Assembly (NCBI RefSeq): GCF_000281045.1
Contig: NW_008246105.1
Span: forward strand, 133,644 to 196,161
From: Saprolegnia diclina VS20
Lineage: Eukaryota
Direction of reading: 5' to 3'
DNA: 62,518 bases
The position numbers and the translations under genes were made by a program. Of the stretch, positions 24,783 to 37,834 are shown piece by piece. Positions within the stretch are counted from its first letter, which is position 1. Each line of letters opens with the position of its first letter. Below the pieces are notes generated by a model. That model had not been told where the DNA came from, ran no database searches, and saw only the letters and a program-made list of their open reading frames with translations.

Positions 24783-27700
24783 CTACATGTCGATCTTGTG
24801 GATCGAGAAGAACACGGGCTTGGCCTGGCGGCGGTCGAGCAAGCCGTTGAGCCCGAGGAAGCCGCCGTCAATGTCGCAGCAGACGGGGCGCGCGACAACG
24901 CCGTCGGCGCGCGTCAGCGCCGGCAGTGTCACCCAGTCCGTATTGAACGACTTGCGTAGACGGTTGGCGTCGGCGACGTGCACCACAATTTTGTCGTCGC
25001 CATTGCGGACAGGCTACAAGACAGCATAGTCATTGGACTAGTGCAACAGGAAATGCGTACGTTGTTTGCGCGGTGGTTGGTCAACGCCACGTGCATCTCG
25101 CCTTTGGAAAGCACTTTGGCCGACGCGTCGCGGAAGCGCGGCTGGAGGCTGAGCACATGGTTGCTACCCGGCGTCTTGGCGTTGAGCGAGTACAGTTGCT
25201 GGCTCGTCGGCACGCAAATCGCACACGTTTCCGGTGCGACTTGCAGCACAAACTCGTATGCGTACTTGAGCACTGTCTTCTTCTCCTTGGCCATCGCATC
25301 GCTGCTCCGCGGCTTGCTACGCTCGAGATGAGATACGACATCAGCTATGTTAGCGCCGTGTACATGACAAAGCGCGCCGGAATGAACGCGTCGCGCGTAT
25401 TGTTGTTCTCGAGCATCTCGGGGCCCGGCACGACCAAAACGTACTGCACGTCCCTACACACCGATCGTCGTCAGAACCTCAATTTCTCGCGACTCTAACG
25501 TCGTACGGCTTGGTGAGGTCGGTTTCCAGGGCCCCTTTTCGCCACGGAAGAAAGCTGAGGGGCACACTGGCCGCGTCCGCCTTCTCCTGCTGCAAGTGGA
25601 GCTCAAACGTGTCGCCAAAGAAGAGGTCGGTCGTCTCGAGAAGACTCCGCAGCTGCTGCAACGCCACGGACGTCGACTCTTCGAGCATATGGAGCGCGGA
25701 CGCGCGCTCGTTATTGAGCAGCGACACGTCGCAGCGGTGGCGCAAAAGCCGCTCCGCAATGTCGGGCAGGTTGAACTTGATGGCTTCCATGAGCGGTGTA
25801 TAACCCTATCCACTAGTTGTGAGCTAAAACCATATAAAACCGAGCGCACGTCGTGGAGCTGGGCGTTGAGGTCGCACTCCATTTCGCGCTCAAACAAGGT
25901 GTCGAGCAGCGCCGTGGCTTGGGCGCGAATGATGTAAAAAAGCGCAGTGGCCCCCGTCTAGACCCATATATGTGCGCCTCCATGGCAACGTTGCTGTCTA
26001 CCGTGTCGGCAGGGCGCAAGTCGCAGCCTTTGGCCGTCAGGAGCTCCTTTGCCGACGCCAAGCACTTCGACTCGAGCGCTAGCATGAGCGGTGTCTGCTT
26101 TTTGTCCTAACAACAAAGGAAAATGCAGACATGTTGTCATGAAGACATGCTCACTACATGCGTCTGGTCGTTGAGGCGACACCCTGCCTTGATGAGTCGC
26201 TCGACCCAATCGACGTCGTCGACAACGAGGTGCAGCGCCGACTCGTTCTTCTACGCAGCGCATGAGCTCACGGTGCGCAGCGGGTGTCGACCTGGTTACG
26301 GATCGTGACGTCGGCTTCCCGGTCGACCAAGAGCTGCGCGACGCCGCGTAGACGGTGTCGCAGCACATGCAACAGCGCTGTGTCTCCCTACATCGGCCTT
26401 GGCCTTTACGTCTGCAAACAGCAGGCTGACGCACCGCCTTGTCTTGGTGGTTTTTGTCGACGCCGTGGGACAAGAGCTCGGTGGCCATTGCGATCGCGTC
26501 CGTCTCGGGGCGTACGTGGACCACATACCACAGCAATGACTCCCCCCGCTAGCCAAACGCGTCGATACAAACGCAGCATTTCGGACCAGCGTACGTTGTT
26601 GTAGTACAGCAGGTTGCATTTTTTGTCCATCAAGAGACGCGCAACGTCCGGTCGGTTGCAACGTAAGAGGTACATAAGCGGCGACTGCCCGTCCTACGGA
26701 GAGCATGCACGACGCGCTCGCTGCAACTATCGTCGAACCTCGTCCTTGGCGTCGACGTTGCAGCCCATCTCTCGCAGCTTGGCGACCGTGTCCACGGACG
26801 CAAAGAAGAGTGCCGATTGCCCCAGCTACGGACTTGATGTCAGCTCGCGCAGCGCAATTGCTGCTGCGACGCACCTTGTTGCCGCGGACGACGTCGCACT
26901 TGCGCTCGAGAAGAAGACGCACAGTCTCCGTGCGGTTGTTTTGCAGTGCCAGCATCAGCGGCGTGTTGCCCTAATCCACCATGCAATTAGTGGTCGTTCG
27001 ACTTCGGCATAGCCGCTTACATTTTGCGTCGGGTCGCGTACGTTGATGTCGCAGCCTGCGTCAAGGAGCCGTTGCACCATGGCCACGCTGGCACTGGCGG
27101 CCGCCTGGGACAGCGCCGACACGCCTTCCTACAAATATCCCTCGACTCAAAGCCGCTAGCCGCAGAGGAGCAAACCTTGCTCACGGCCGTGACGTTGCAC
27201 TCGAGGTCGATGAGCGCCAAGGCAACGTCGTCGCTCGAGTGATCGAACGCCATCATGAACGGCGTGCGTCCGAGCTACGCCATGCGTCGTCCAGCGCTGC
27301 CTCTCGGGTTCACGCACCTTATCTTTGGTGTCGACAGGACACCCGCGCGCGACCAGCGTGCGAATGAGCGCTGGTGTCGACGCCAAGAAGAGCGCTGTTC
27401 GCCCATCCTACGCCACTGTCGTCCTCGTGGCGATGAGATAAGAGCGATACCGTCGCGGCCAGTGTGACGTCGGTCGTCGGCGCCGCCAGGAGCAGCTCCA
27501 CCACATCCTCCCGCGCATGTGAAAGCGCGAGCATGAGTGGTGACTTGCCGTCCTGTACGCGATGATGAGCCAAGAGACGCAACGACTTGGCGTACGTGGA
27601 ACGTGGCCGCCTGCGCGTTGAGGTTGCAGCCGCGCTTCCCGAGCACCGCGACGACATTGCTCGGCGTCGTCGACGAGGCGCACGCCGCCAGTATCGGTGT

Positions 27701-30227
27701 CACACCGTCCTAGAAGCGACGCTATGTGCTGTTTCTATTGCACGAGTAGGCAGCCAACGTGATCGGGCAAGTCGACACTCGCGCCGCGTTCGAGAAGCGG
27801 CTCGACCAGCGTTGGCTCGTGGCGCACGGCGGCCATGAGCACCGTTTCTCCCTGTGGGATCATGACGAATTTTACGATCGTACTCGCATGACGCACCGTC
27901 GTCGAGAGCTGCGTGTTGGGGTTGGTACCGAGTGCGAGAAGGTGCTTGGCGATCTCGACGCGGTTCGTCTCGACTGCACAAAAGAGCGCATTTCGGCCCA
28001 TCTAGAGGGTACCGTTGAGCGCGCAACAGCAGTGACATCAAGCAGACAGTGTCGGTGGCGGCCAGCGACGCCGGTGGGCTCTGCGTGAGAAGCCGCTGGA
28101 GCACCGCATCCGTCGCGTGGCGCTCGAGCGCCGTCATGAGCAAGGTCTTGCCCGACTACACAGATCATCCGACCACGAGCGTCGTACTGAACAGTGTACT
28201 TGGTCCTGACGATTTAGCATTCCCGACGACGTCTCGAGGAGGAGCGCCAGAACGTTCTCGTCGGCCAACGCCATGTGCAGCGCACTCTCGCCTTTCTACC
28301 ATCCGCAGCATTTCGTTTGTCAGCCAAGACGATATTTTGTACGTCGTTGCAGCGCTCAGTGTCGCACTGCTTGGCCAAGAGCGCTGTCGTCATTGCTTCG
28401 TGGCGGTGCCGGAGCGCTAGCATCAACGGCGTGTTGCCCTAATCCCATCCCAATTCATCATTTGTTTGCATAATGCAACGTCGTACGTGGCGATCGGTCG
28501 CGTTCACATCGACACCGTAGCCGAGAAGCGCGTCGAGCGTGGCCACGTCACCGGCGGTCACAGCGTTCAAGAGCGCCTATGTCACTCCGAGGACGAGGTT
28601 CTTTAGAGTCTACTGTACCACGTCGCCGGCGCCGTCGTGCTGGAGCAGCAAGCGCACGACGTCATCCTTCTGATGTTGGATGGCCAGTGAGAGCGGCGTC
28701 GAGCCCTACGTAGCAATGGGATAGGGTTCAACATCGCCGCGTCACCCACGTCTTTGGCCGCGGCGCTCGCACTGCAGCCCTCGTCGAGGAGGAGCGCGAC
28801 AAGCTCCGTGTCGCCATGCAGCACGGCTGCCCATAGCGCCGACTTGCCCATCTATGACACCGTGAAATGTAAAGTTGACAGCGGACGACACGGACAGGAT
28901 CGGGCGCGCTGAGGTTCAAGCCCTGTTCCGCCATCTTGGTCACGACAAGCTTGGCCACGACGTCGGCCTTGTGCGCCAGCGCGACCGCCAGCGCCGTCTG
29001 ACCGTTCTAGCCAGCAAGGAAATACCGTCGGATGTCGTTGGAACGAGCGCGTACGGGGTCCGCACGACGTAGGTCATAGCCATGCTCGAGAAGCGTCGCT
29101 GCCAAGCTGTGGTCATGTTCGAGGGCGTAGTTCCAGGCGGAGCGTCCCGCCTACGGGTCGATAGACGGACGGGGCGTTCGCTGCAGGTTTACCTTGTCGC
29201 GGCAGTTGACATTGCAGCCGTTCTCGAGCAAGTGCAACATGAGCGCCGCGTGGCCGTTTTGAATCGCAGCCATTAGGGGCGTCGTGCCCTAAGGACGAGG
29301 TTGAGAGACAGAGTCGTTGGTCGTCGCGTACATCGGGCCCCGGGGCATCCATGTCGCAGTTGAACGTGAGCAGCAACGACGCGATGTCGACATTGCCCGT
29401 CATGGCCGCAAACAACAGCGGCGCCTACGCATAATAGCATCATCGCACTACCTTGGAAGGGCATAGAGCGCACGGTGCCCGCGGCCTTCCAGTCCAAATC
29501 AGCGCGCGCCGCCAGTGCTTCGATGACGCGCCGCTGCGACTTGCCAATCGCTGCCGACAGCATGGTCTTTTGAGCCTACTCAAGTAGATGCTCAGATAGA
29601 AGCATGCACGACTCGAACGTCAGACCTTGTTGCGCTCGTTGATATCGCAGCCGCGTTCGATGAGGTAGACGGCCACATCTTCGTGGCCGGCCTCGATGAC
29701 CCGCAACGCCGCGGTGCTGCGCTACAGTAGTGACACACGTGCGTCACGCGATGGTTTTGTCAACGCAAGAAATGGCAACCTGAGCGTCGCGCGCGTTCAG
29801 GTTGATCTTCTTCTCGACGAGGTGCGCGGCCGCCACGACCGACGAGGCGAAGAAGAGGGCCGTTTGGCCGGCCTAACCAAGCTCGCTACGTCCACGGCAC
29901 TGCCTCTAGGTCGCACCTGGTTGCGACGGTTGACGTCGCACGCCGCCGTGAGTAGCTGCTGCATGAGCCCAATGTTGTTGGCTTGCGTCGCCAGCATTAG
30001 CGCCGTGTGGCCATCCTATGCAAACAGTTCTCGTATCCTGTCATGGGATACAATCAAGTAACCTTGTCCTGGGCGTTGAGAGAGACGTTCGGTGCGCCCA
30101 AGAGCGCACTCACATCGCTTCCAGCTCGGATCGCGTCCAAGAGCTCCATCGTCAAAAGTCCGTAGTGACCCTTCGTTGAAGCCTCTGTAACCGGTTTTGG
30201 CGCGCCAAGTGGCGTGTGTTTAGTCAT
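24783..30227 (-). CDS. Large ankyrin-repeat protein (~25-30 repeats) with an uncharacterised C-terminal domain
   Basis: Repeated GHTALMLA, GNTPLMLA, GKSALWAA, GKTLLMTA, GRNALFCA and GRTPFMMA units, each in a ~100-nt exon separated by ~45-nt introns. Non-ankyrin tail ends FFSIHKIDM*. The start could instead be 30242. Confidence 0.8.
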
Positions 30228-30327
30228 ATTTCCATTGTCCATACATTTCAACAGTATAAAATGGCATATCCAAGTAAAAGACCCAATTTGAAGACATTCA
30301 TTCACAACGTTGTTCGGTTTCACAATT

Positions 30328-30923
30328 CTAGTCGCGCCACTTGCTGTGGCCCTTGGCCTTTTTGCCCTTGGCACGGTTTTTGGGCGTCGGGCGCGGAGCC
30401 GGCTCGGGCATCAAGTAGCCATCACAGCCGGGGACACCGTACGAGCACACGTGCGGCGTCGACGTCATCGGGACACCCTCGCCGTCGTAGTCGTCCGGCA
30501 AGAACTGCGCCTTGGCCTCCTTGGGCTCCTCGAGCGCCTTTGTAAACGGACACTGGTTGCTCTCGGGGTCGATCTTGAGAAAGCGCAGTGTGCGACTGAG
30601 TTCGTCGTCTTCATACCACGCGAGGCCATGGCGGTTGAGATACCCGGACCGCAGGAACATGAGGACGCGCTCCATGTGCGCAGCGCTCCAGTCGACAAAG
30701 AACGAACCTAATGCACACATCTGCTCGATCCTTGCTGCTCACAAGACATGTACGTACCGTCGGGCAAGGCTGCGGTCTCGCGAAGCTCGTGGAAGAACGA
30801 GTCGTCGCATTTGAGCAGCGTCTCCCACGTCGTCTCGAGGTGTGTGCCGCCGACGTTGAGCCGGACTGTCGTGGTGACGGCGGGCGACGCGGTTGCGTTC
30901 ATCGATGGCGCATCACGAGGCAT
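30328..30923 (-). CDS. KCTD/T1-type BTB/POZ domain protein
   Basis: VRLNVGGTHLETTWETLLKCDDSFF...PDG/SFFVDWSAAHMERVLMFLRSG; one intron ~30708-30757. Confidence 0.85.
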
Positions 30924-31840
30924 CTCGATCGTATAGCGGGTCACGGGTGAAAGACCCTGCAGCGACCACGAGAACCATGCGACAAGGCCGGCTGCGACCA
31001 CGTAGCCGCCGTGCTTGAAGCGGCACTTGGTCGTCGGCGTCGTCTCCTCGACACACGGCGTGGCAATGTGCACGAAGCCCATCGTTTGCTCGCAAAGTCA
31101 AAATGGAAGTGGGCCGCTGATGTTCGAAACGTGTCGGCTGAAAAAAGGCGGCAGTCGGGGGTTTTGAAACACCTCCGAAGCGGTTGGCGCTCAATTTGGC
31201 ACTGCAGCACAAAAGGCAAACGTCTCGCAAGTGAGGTCGGTCGATGGCAGACAGTGTTTTCGTACCCGCTGTAGGTCGCCTAACTCTAGCAGCACGACCT
31301 TCCATCCTCCGCGTCCTCGCAACAGTTCTTGGGACGTAGTCGCCGTTTCGACGCCTGTCTACGCATACGAGGCACTTTCGCGGTAGATGCGTCAAGTGTA
31401 GCTGCAAGTAGTGCTGTGACAGCAGAGTAACCTCTTGTGAGAGACCGTTTGTGCTCTAAATATGCCCGTGGCTGCTGCGAGACTTGGTGAGTGAGGTCCG
31501 ATATGATCGTTGGGGTGTACGTGCACCGTCCTTGTTATTTGTGATCTTGACGTGTGCCATACACGCGGTCGATATGCCCAACCTGCGCCAACCACTTTGG
31601 ACCAGCGCTTATGCAAGTGGCGTCCCAGCCCTACGTTCGATGTCAAGGAAGGTAGGGGCGGTGTAGTATAATTGAGAAGAAGCTTTGGCTGACGACGGTG
31701 CATTATTATCAGTAGCATCGATCGAGCAGCTCGCCCCTAAAGCTAATACGAGTTGGGCTCAGGTCGGTTGCGATCTTTGGATTTGGCAACTTCAACGTGG
31801 TCGTGACACGCGGGGCGTCCGCCGTCCTTCCGGATAGTAC

Positions 31841-31855
31841 ATTCTGGAATTTTCC
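31841..31855 (+). promoter_or_regulatory. Perfect three-unit heat-shock element upstream of STI1
   Basis: aTTCt gGAAt tTTCc, i.e. nTTCn-nGAAn-nTTCn, ~140 nt upstream of the STI1 ATG. Confidence 0.75.
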
Positions 31856-31995
31856 CCAAATCCCTTGCATTTCGACCGAGACGCGTCCGTGATTGGCCAA
31901 AATTCGGTCAAAGTGCTCTTATTGGTCAAAAAGGTGACGAGAGGTCGTGACCAAACGGTGGAAGCATCATGTTCATTTGAGATTTTGTCGGCAGT

Positions 31996-33780
31996 ATGGC
32001 GAGCGAAGTACGTAGCCTCCGTCATGGCACCGACGCATGAACCCGCTCCTCATGGCGCAAGCGTAGGCGGAGCAGTGGAAGGCCAAGGGCAATGCTGCCC
32101 TCTCGGCCAAGAACAACACGGAGGCCATCGAGTGCTACACCAAGGCCATCGCGCTCAACGGGAGCAACCACGTCTACTACTCGAACCGCAGCGCGGCCTA
32201 CTTGAGCGACGACAAAGCCGAGCTCGCCTTGAAGGACGCTGAGGCGTGCATTGGCGTCAAGCCCGACTGGGGCAAGGGCTATGCGCGCAAGGGCGCGGCC
32301 TTGCACTCGCTGCAGGACTATGATGCTGCCGTTGCTGCGTACAAGGAGGGTCTTACGCACGAGCCCAACAACGCTGCGTGCTTGAGCGGTATTGAAGAGG
32401 TGGAGAAGGCCATGGCGAGCGCCACGAACCCCCTCGCCGGCGCCTTTGGCCCCGACATGTTTGCCAAGCTCGCGATGAACCCGCGCGTGCGCCACCTCCT
32501 CAACGACCCGGACTTTGTGATCAAGCTCCAGGAAGTCCAGAAGAACCCGTCGAAGCTCAACGAATACATGGGTGACCAGCGCATGATGACGGTCCTCGGC
32601 GAGCTCCTCGGCATTGGTGGCATGATGAACCGCGACGACGAACCCGAAGCGCCCCCGGCTCCGAAGGAGACCCCCGCGGCCGCCAAGCCCACGCCGGTCC
32701 CCGAGCCTGTCGTTGTCGAGGAAGACTTGACGGACGAGGAGAAGACGGCGCGTGCCTCGAAGCGTGCGGCCGAAGAGGCCAAGGCGCGTGGCAATGCGTT
32801 TTACAAGCAGAAGCAGTTTGCCGACGCCATTACGTGCTACGAGGAGGCGATCGCCAAGGACTCGACCAACATGTCGTACCTCTCGAACCTCGCGGCCGTC
32901 CGCTTGGAGCTCAAGGAGTACGATGCGTGCATTGAGCAGTGCAAGTACGTCGTCCTCTTGGTATCCATTACGCTCATCTATGTACAGGAAGGCCATTGAG
33001 GTTGGCCGTGACAACCGCGCCGACTATGCGCTCGTGGCCAAGGCCTACGTGCGCATCGCGACGGCATACATCAAGCAGGGCGAGACGGAGGCCAACCTCT
33101 TGGCGGCGATCCAAGCCTACGAGAGCGCGCAGGTCGAGAACCGCACGAACGACGTTGAGAAGAAGCTCAAGGAGGCGACGCTCAAGCTCAAGAAGGCCAA
33201 GGAGCTTGCCTACCTCGACCCGGTCAAGGGCCTCGAGGCCAAGGAGCTCGGGAACGAGCACTTCAAGAATGGCTTGTTCCCCAAGGCTGTCGAGGCCTAC
33301 ACGGAAGCCATCAAGCGCGACCCGACCAACCCGGTCTACTACGCCAACCGTGCGGCGGCGCTCACGAAGCTCACGTCGTTCCCGGACGCCAAGGCGGACT
33401 GCGAGAAGGCGCTGGCGCTCGACCCCAAGTATGTCAAGGCGTACAGCCGCCTCGGTGCGATCCAGTTTTTCATGAAGGAGTACCACAAGGCGATGGAGTC
33501 GTACCAGAAGGGCCTCGACATTGACCCGACGAACGCCGAGTGCCAGGACGGTCTCCGCAGCGTGCAGAGCAAGGTGCAGGCCGGCGGCAACGACGAGGAG
33601 CGCGCGGCGCATGGCATGGCCGACCCCGAGATCCAAGCCATTTTGCGCGACCCGATCATGCAGCAAGTGCTCAACGACTTCCAGACGGACCCGCGCGCCG
33701 CCCAGCGCCACATGCAGAACCCGGGCGTCATGGCCAAGATTGAAAAGCTCATTGCCGCCGGTGTCCTCCAAACCAAATAA
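31996..33780 (+). CDS. STI1: Hsp70/Hsp90 organising protein STI1/HOP
   Basis: MASE/AEQWKAKGNAAL (12-nt first coding exon, intron 32008-32066). TPR1-DP1-TPR2A-TPR2B-DP2 layout; C-terminus MADPEIQAILRDPIMQQVLNDFQTDP...KLIAAGVL. Confidence 0.95.
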
Positions 33781-34773
33781 AGTGTAATGTCATAGGACCC
33801 CTTTGCCCCTGCTTACCACATGATGCATGAGGACGGGCGATGGTAGGGCAAGTTGACCAAGCGTCGACCCATCAGCGCAGTCACCTTGTTGGTGCCGTTG
33901 GTAGTCGGCCCAGCGTGAGTCGGGAAAAGTGTACCTGCATCGCGTGTTACATGTTGTTACATATTCCGCCACCGCGAGGTGCACACGGTTATAACAGCGT
34001 TGACGCGTCGTTATCGAACGTTGGAATGTTGTCTAACATTCCGTAACACCGTCTGGTTGGCGCTGTCGCGAGGGTTACTCACAGGTGGCCAGACGCTTTT
34101 GGATCGCCCAAGTCGGCGCCACGCCGTGCGACATCCATATTCAGTTTCACAGGTTATTCAATCCTCGAGTATAGCAGAGCCAAGTCCAAGGGTACGATAT
34201 CAATGACAATAATGTCTTATTAGTCACAGTCCCTCCATCACTCACTCGGCGCAGTTATCCTCCTTGCTTCCGAGTGCACCGCGTGCCTACCGGCGAGCTA
34301 CCTGCCCCGTCGACCGCCTGCATTAAGCATCGCAGCTACAGGCAAACTGCGGCTTGGCGCCAAAATCACACGGGCCAACGCGAGCAGCGACGTCGCGCCA
34401 CGGATGCGTCAGGGTTCATGGCAAGATGGCAAGTGTACCAAGCTTCTCCAAGATGGCACGTACCCGCGTCGATTGGCCGCCGTTATGACGCCACCTGGGT
34501 CAGCGACATGGTCGCAGACGACCGATGCCTTGGCATGGGCAAATTCTTCGAGTACATGCAGCTTTACTGCGCTGGAGAAGGTGACGGGTGCACCGCCTGT
34601 ATGTACGGATCCATGGGCGGTCGTTGTCCCTCCGAGGAAGCGACGAGCCAGCCAGCAAAGGCAGATTCAGCTTGGGAAGATATTCATTTTGAGAGGTTTC
34701 ATGAGCCCCGGATGGCACTTGTTGGCTGGTCGATTGCGATCTCTGGCTCTGTTGGTTCATTCCCCGTTCCAGC

Positions 34774-37423
34774 ATGCGCCCGCTCCTCTCCAGCGCGCTG
34801 GTCCTCGCCGCGCTGGCCGCGACTGGCCTTGCGCAGGTAGAGCCCAATGTGACCGATACCACGACGCCCGTGACACTGCCGCTGACGCCGACAACGGTAC
34901 CAACGGTGACGACGCCAACGCCGCCGCCGTCCCTAACGTCACGTGCGCCCGTGACGACGTCGCCGACGCCATCCACGACGTCCACGACGACCACGCCGCC
35001 GCCCAACGGGACGGTGGTGACGCCCATCGTACCTGTCACGTCGCTGCCCGGCAACAACACGAATGGCTCGTCCGGGTCGGTGACGCCGGCGCCGACGACC
35101 AACCTCGTGAGCGTCCAGTGCCCGTTCGTCTTTTCGTCGGCGATTCTCTCGACGCAGATTGACGTGGTGCAAGACACGACGACCGACACCAACACCAACA
35201 GCAGCAGCAACAGCTCGACCAACGTCATTACGCTCTCGCCGCCGACGAGCGTCCCGGGCCCGAACCCGAGCCCGAGCGCCTCGAGCGGACCGTCGCCGTC
35301 GACAGCAACACCGACGCCGTCCAAGACGGTGCAAACCCACTTGCTTTCCCATTGCATGCCAACATCTTCTGTAGACCAAGAGTCCCAGCGCAACGACCGG
35401 TCGCCCGACGTCGACGCCGACGCCGTCGCCCAGCCTCCGTCGGCGACTGACGACCTCGGGTGGGTTCTCGTGCGACGCAGCGTTCTACGGCAAGTGGATC
35501 TCGAGTGGGCTCAAGTGCGGCGGCAAAGGTACCCTTTCCGCTTCCATGATCCTCGTCGTTGCATCTATCTCTTGGTAGACCTCGATGTCAACCAAGCCGT
35601 CGCCGCGGCGGCCTGTGCCACGTACAAGGGCGAAGTCCCGCTCTCGGGCGTCACGCTCGACGCGTGCCTCTCGACATGTCTCTTCCCGTCGTGCGTCAAC
35701 GACATGTGGGACTATGCGAGCAGCGGCAGCGGTCTCGGCAGCGCCATCTACAACAACGTCGACTTCTCCCAGTGGCTCACGCCCGCCATGAAGACCAAGC
35801 TGCAAGAGAAGACGCAAGGCGCAGTGACGCTCCAGAAGTTCTCGATGGCCAACGCCAAGACGTGCTCGTCGTACAACACGTGCTCGTGCCCGACGGTCCA
35901 GAATGCCAAGACGCCCAACAAGGACGGCCAGAACCCCAGCGCCAATAACCCTTCAGCGAGCCTCGTACGTGCTACATACCTCTGGTCCGATCTCAAGGGA
36001 CTTGTAGATCAGCAACTGGGTGCCGTCGACGCGCATCGAGCAAGCGGCGGTCGTCGCCGCCAGCGTATCGCAGACGACCGTGTACGCGTCCATTGCAGTC
36101 TCGGCGACGACTGCGGTCGCCACGTCCGTCGGTGCCGTCGGCTCGTCGGCGGCCACCGCGTCGTCTCTCGGTGCGGGCTCGTCCGTCGCACTCAACCTCA
36201 TCGGCGTCGCTCAGTTCTGCGTGAGCACGTCGCAGCTCAACGTCGCCAACATGCCGGCGGTCATCACAAGCATGGGCGCCAAGCTCTCGTTCACGACGCT
36301 CTCGTTCCTAGTCTGGGACGGCGCCAAGCCAGTGGCATCCAACGACACCTCGTCTGCCAACAGCACGGCGCGCCGCCTCGAAGTCACCGGCGACAACTCG
36401 ATGACGGGCATGGAGCGCTACGCTCTCTCGATCGGCATTGCGCCCAACAAGCTCTTGTACGTGACGATCGTGGGCTTGATCTCGCTGGTCGGCGCGCTCG
36501 GCGTGCTCCTCGGCCTCGCGCTGCTTGGCGGGAAGCTCGTTTCCAAAGATTTCCCCGCCTTCCAGATCAAGGTCGTCGACCACGCCATCGGAGCGCTCGT
36601 GACGCTCCTGATTGTGAGTCAGTATGCGATCGGCGTCACGGCTACGTTTGAGATCAACCGCGTGTACCGCGACAGCGAGTCGCTCGGCGTCAGCGTCTTT
36701 GTCGCCGTCCTCTCGCTCTTTGTGTTTGCGATTGGCATCATGGTGTACGGCTACTACATTGTCCGCCAGCACGAAGACGACATTGTCGACATTGGCATGA
36801 AGGACCACTTTGAAAAGAAGGTGCACCGCCGGTACGGGTGCCTCTACGACGAATACAACTACGAGAACCGGTTCTTCTTTGTCGTCAAGATGCTCCTTGC
36901 GCTTCTCTGCGGCATGACGACCGGCATGGCCAACTGGACTGGGTTGGCCCAAGTGATTGTGCTCATGGCGCTCAACGTTGGCTTTGTGCTCTTTTTGGAA
37001 GTACGCCAGCCGCACTTGGCCAAGTTCGTGCAGCAAACGACGACGCTCATCACGATCATGAAGATCGCGTCGCTCTCGCTGACGATCTTCCTCCTTACGA
37101 CGCTCGTCGGTCTGCCCGAGACGGCGCGCAACGTTGTGAGCACGGTCATTCTCTCGCTCCAGGGCCTTGTCGTCGTCTTCCTCCTCGTGCGCCAAGTCTT
37201 TATCTTTTACCGACAATACAAGCTCAAGAAGGAGACGAACGACAACGATGATGCCGAGACGGACCGCGCCGGCTCGATCACCATGTACTACAACCAGACG
37301 CAGCCGACGCCGCCCGACCAGCTCGACCAGCGCGCAGCGCCCTCGCATGAGAAGCGACTGCCGCCGCTCGGCCAGAACCCGCGCCAGCCGTCGTTCGAAG
37401 CCGGGAAAGAGTATTACCTGTAG
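34774..37423 (+). CDS. Surface membrane protein: signal peptide, Thr/Pro mucin-like stalk, Cys-rich module, TRP-like (FLC/Pkd2-type) multi-TM domain
   Basis: Signal MRPLLSSALVLAALAATGLA; T/P/S-rich exons; QFCVSTSQL and RRYGCLYDEYNYENRFFFVV motifs; at least 7 TM segments in ORF 36020-37423. Confidence 0.75.
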
Positions 37424-37834
37424 ATAGTTAATACATGCAAGGTTGACGAGATGCTCGAGCTCGAATTACTGCAGTACCTCACCGTGTTGCTTGCGTCAGA
37501 GAGACCTAGGTCCGAAACTCGACGTCCTTTCTCCAATTTAGAAGAAATCGACTCTAGTCATCCTGACGTTTCTGGTTGTCGGAGAATATGATAACTCACT
37601 TCCCTCTACCGACGCTCGAGTTGCTAGGTGAGGAGCGTTCGTGAGACTGTTTCACAAAGGACCGACCGTCTCACCAAGTGATGTCCGTGAAGCGGGCTAA
37701 GCATCAGCTGTGTATGTGAAGCTGAAATGAAATAGTGCACCTGCGATTATTTCTCAAGGGTTAGGGGTTTGTATAATACTTCCACAACAATTTGCGTGCA
37801 AATCGCGCGACTTCGGGGACCAAAGCGTGGGCGT

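Noticed and set aside
32022..33771. Long minus-strand ORFs (330 and 265 aa)
   Set aside because: Antisense shadows of STI1.
34274..34770. ORFs upstream of the mucin-TRP gene
   Set aside because: No coherent frame or motif; the real gene starts at the signal-peptide ATG at 34774.
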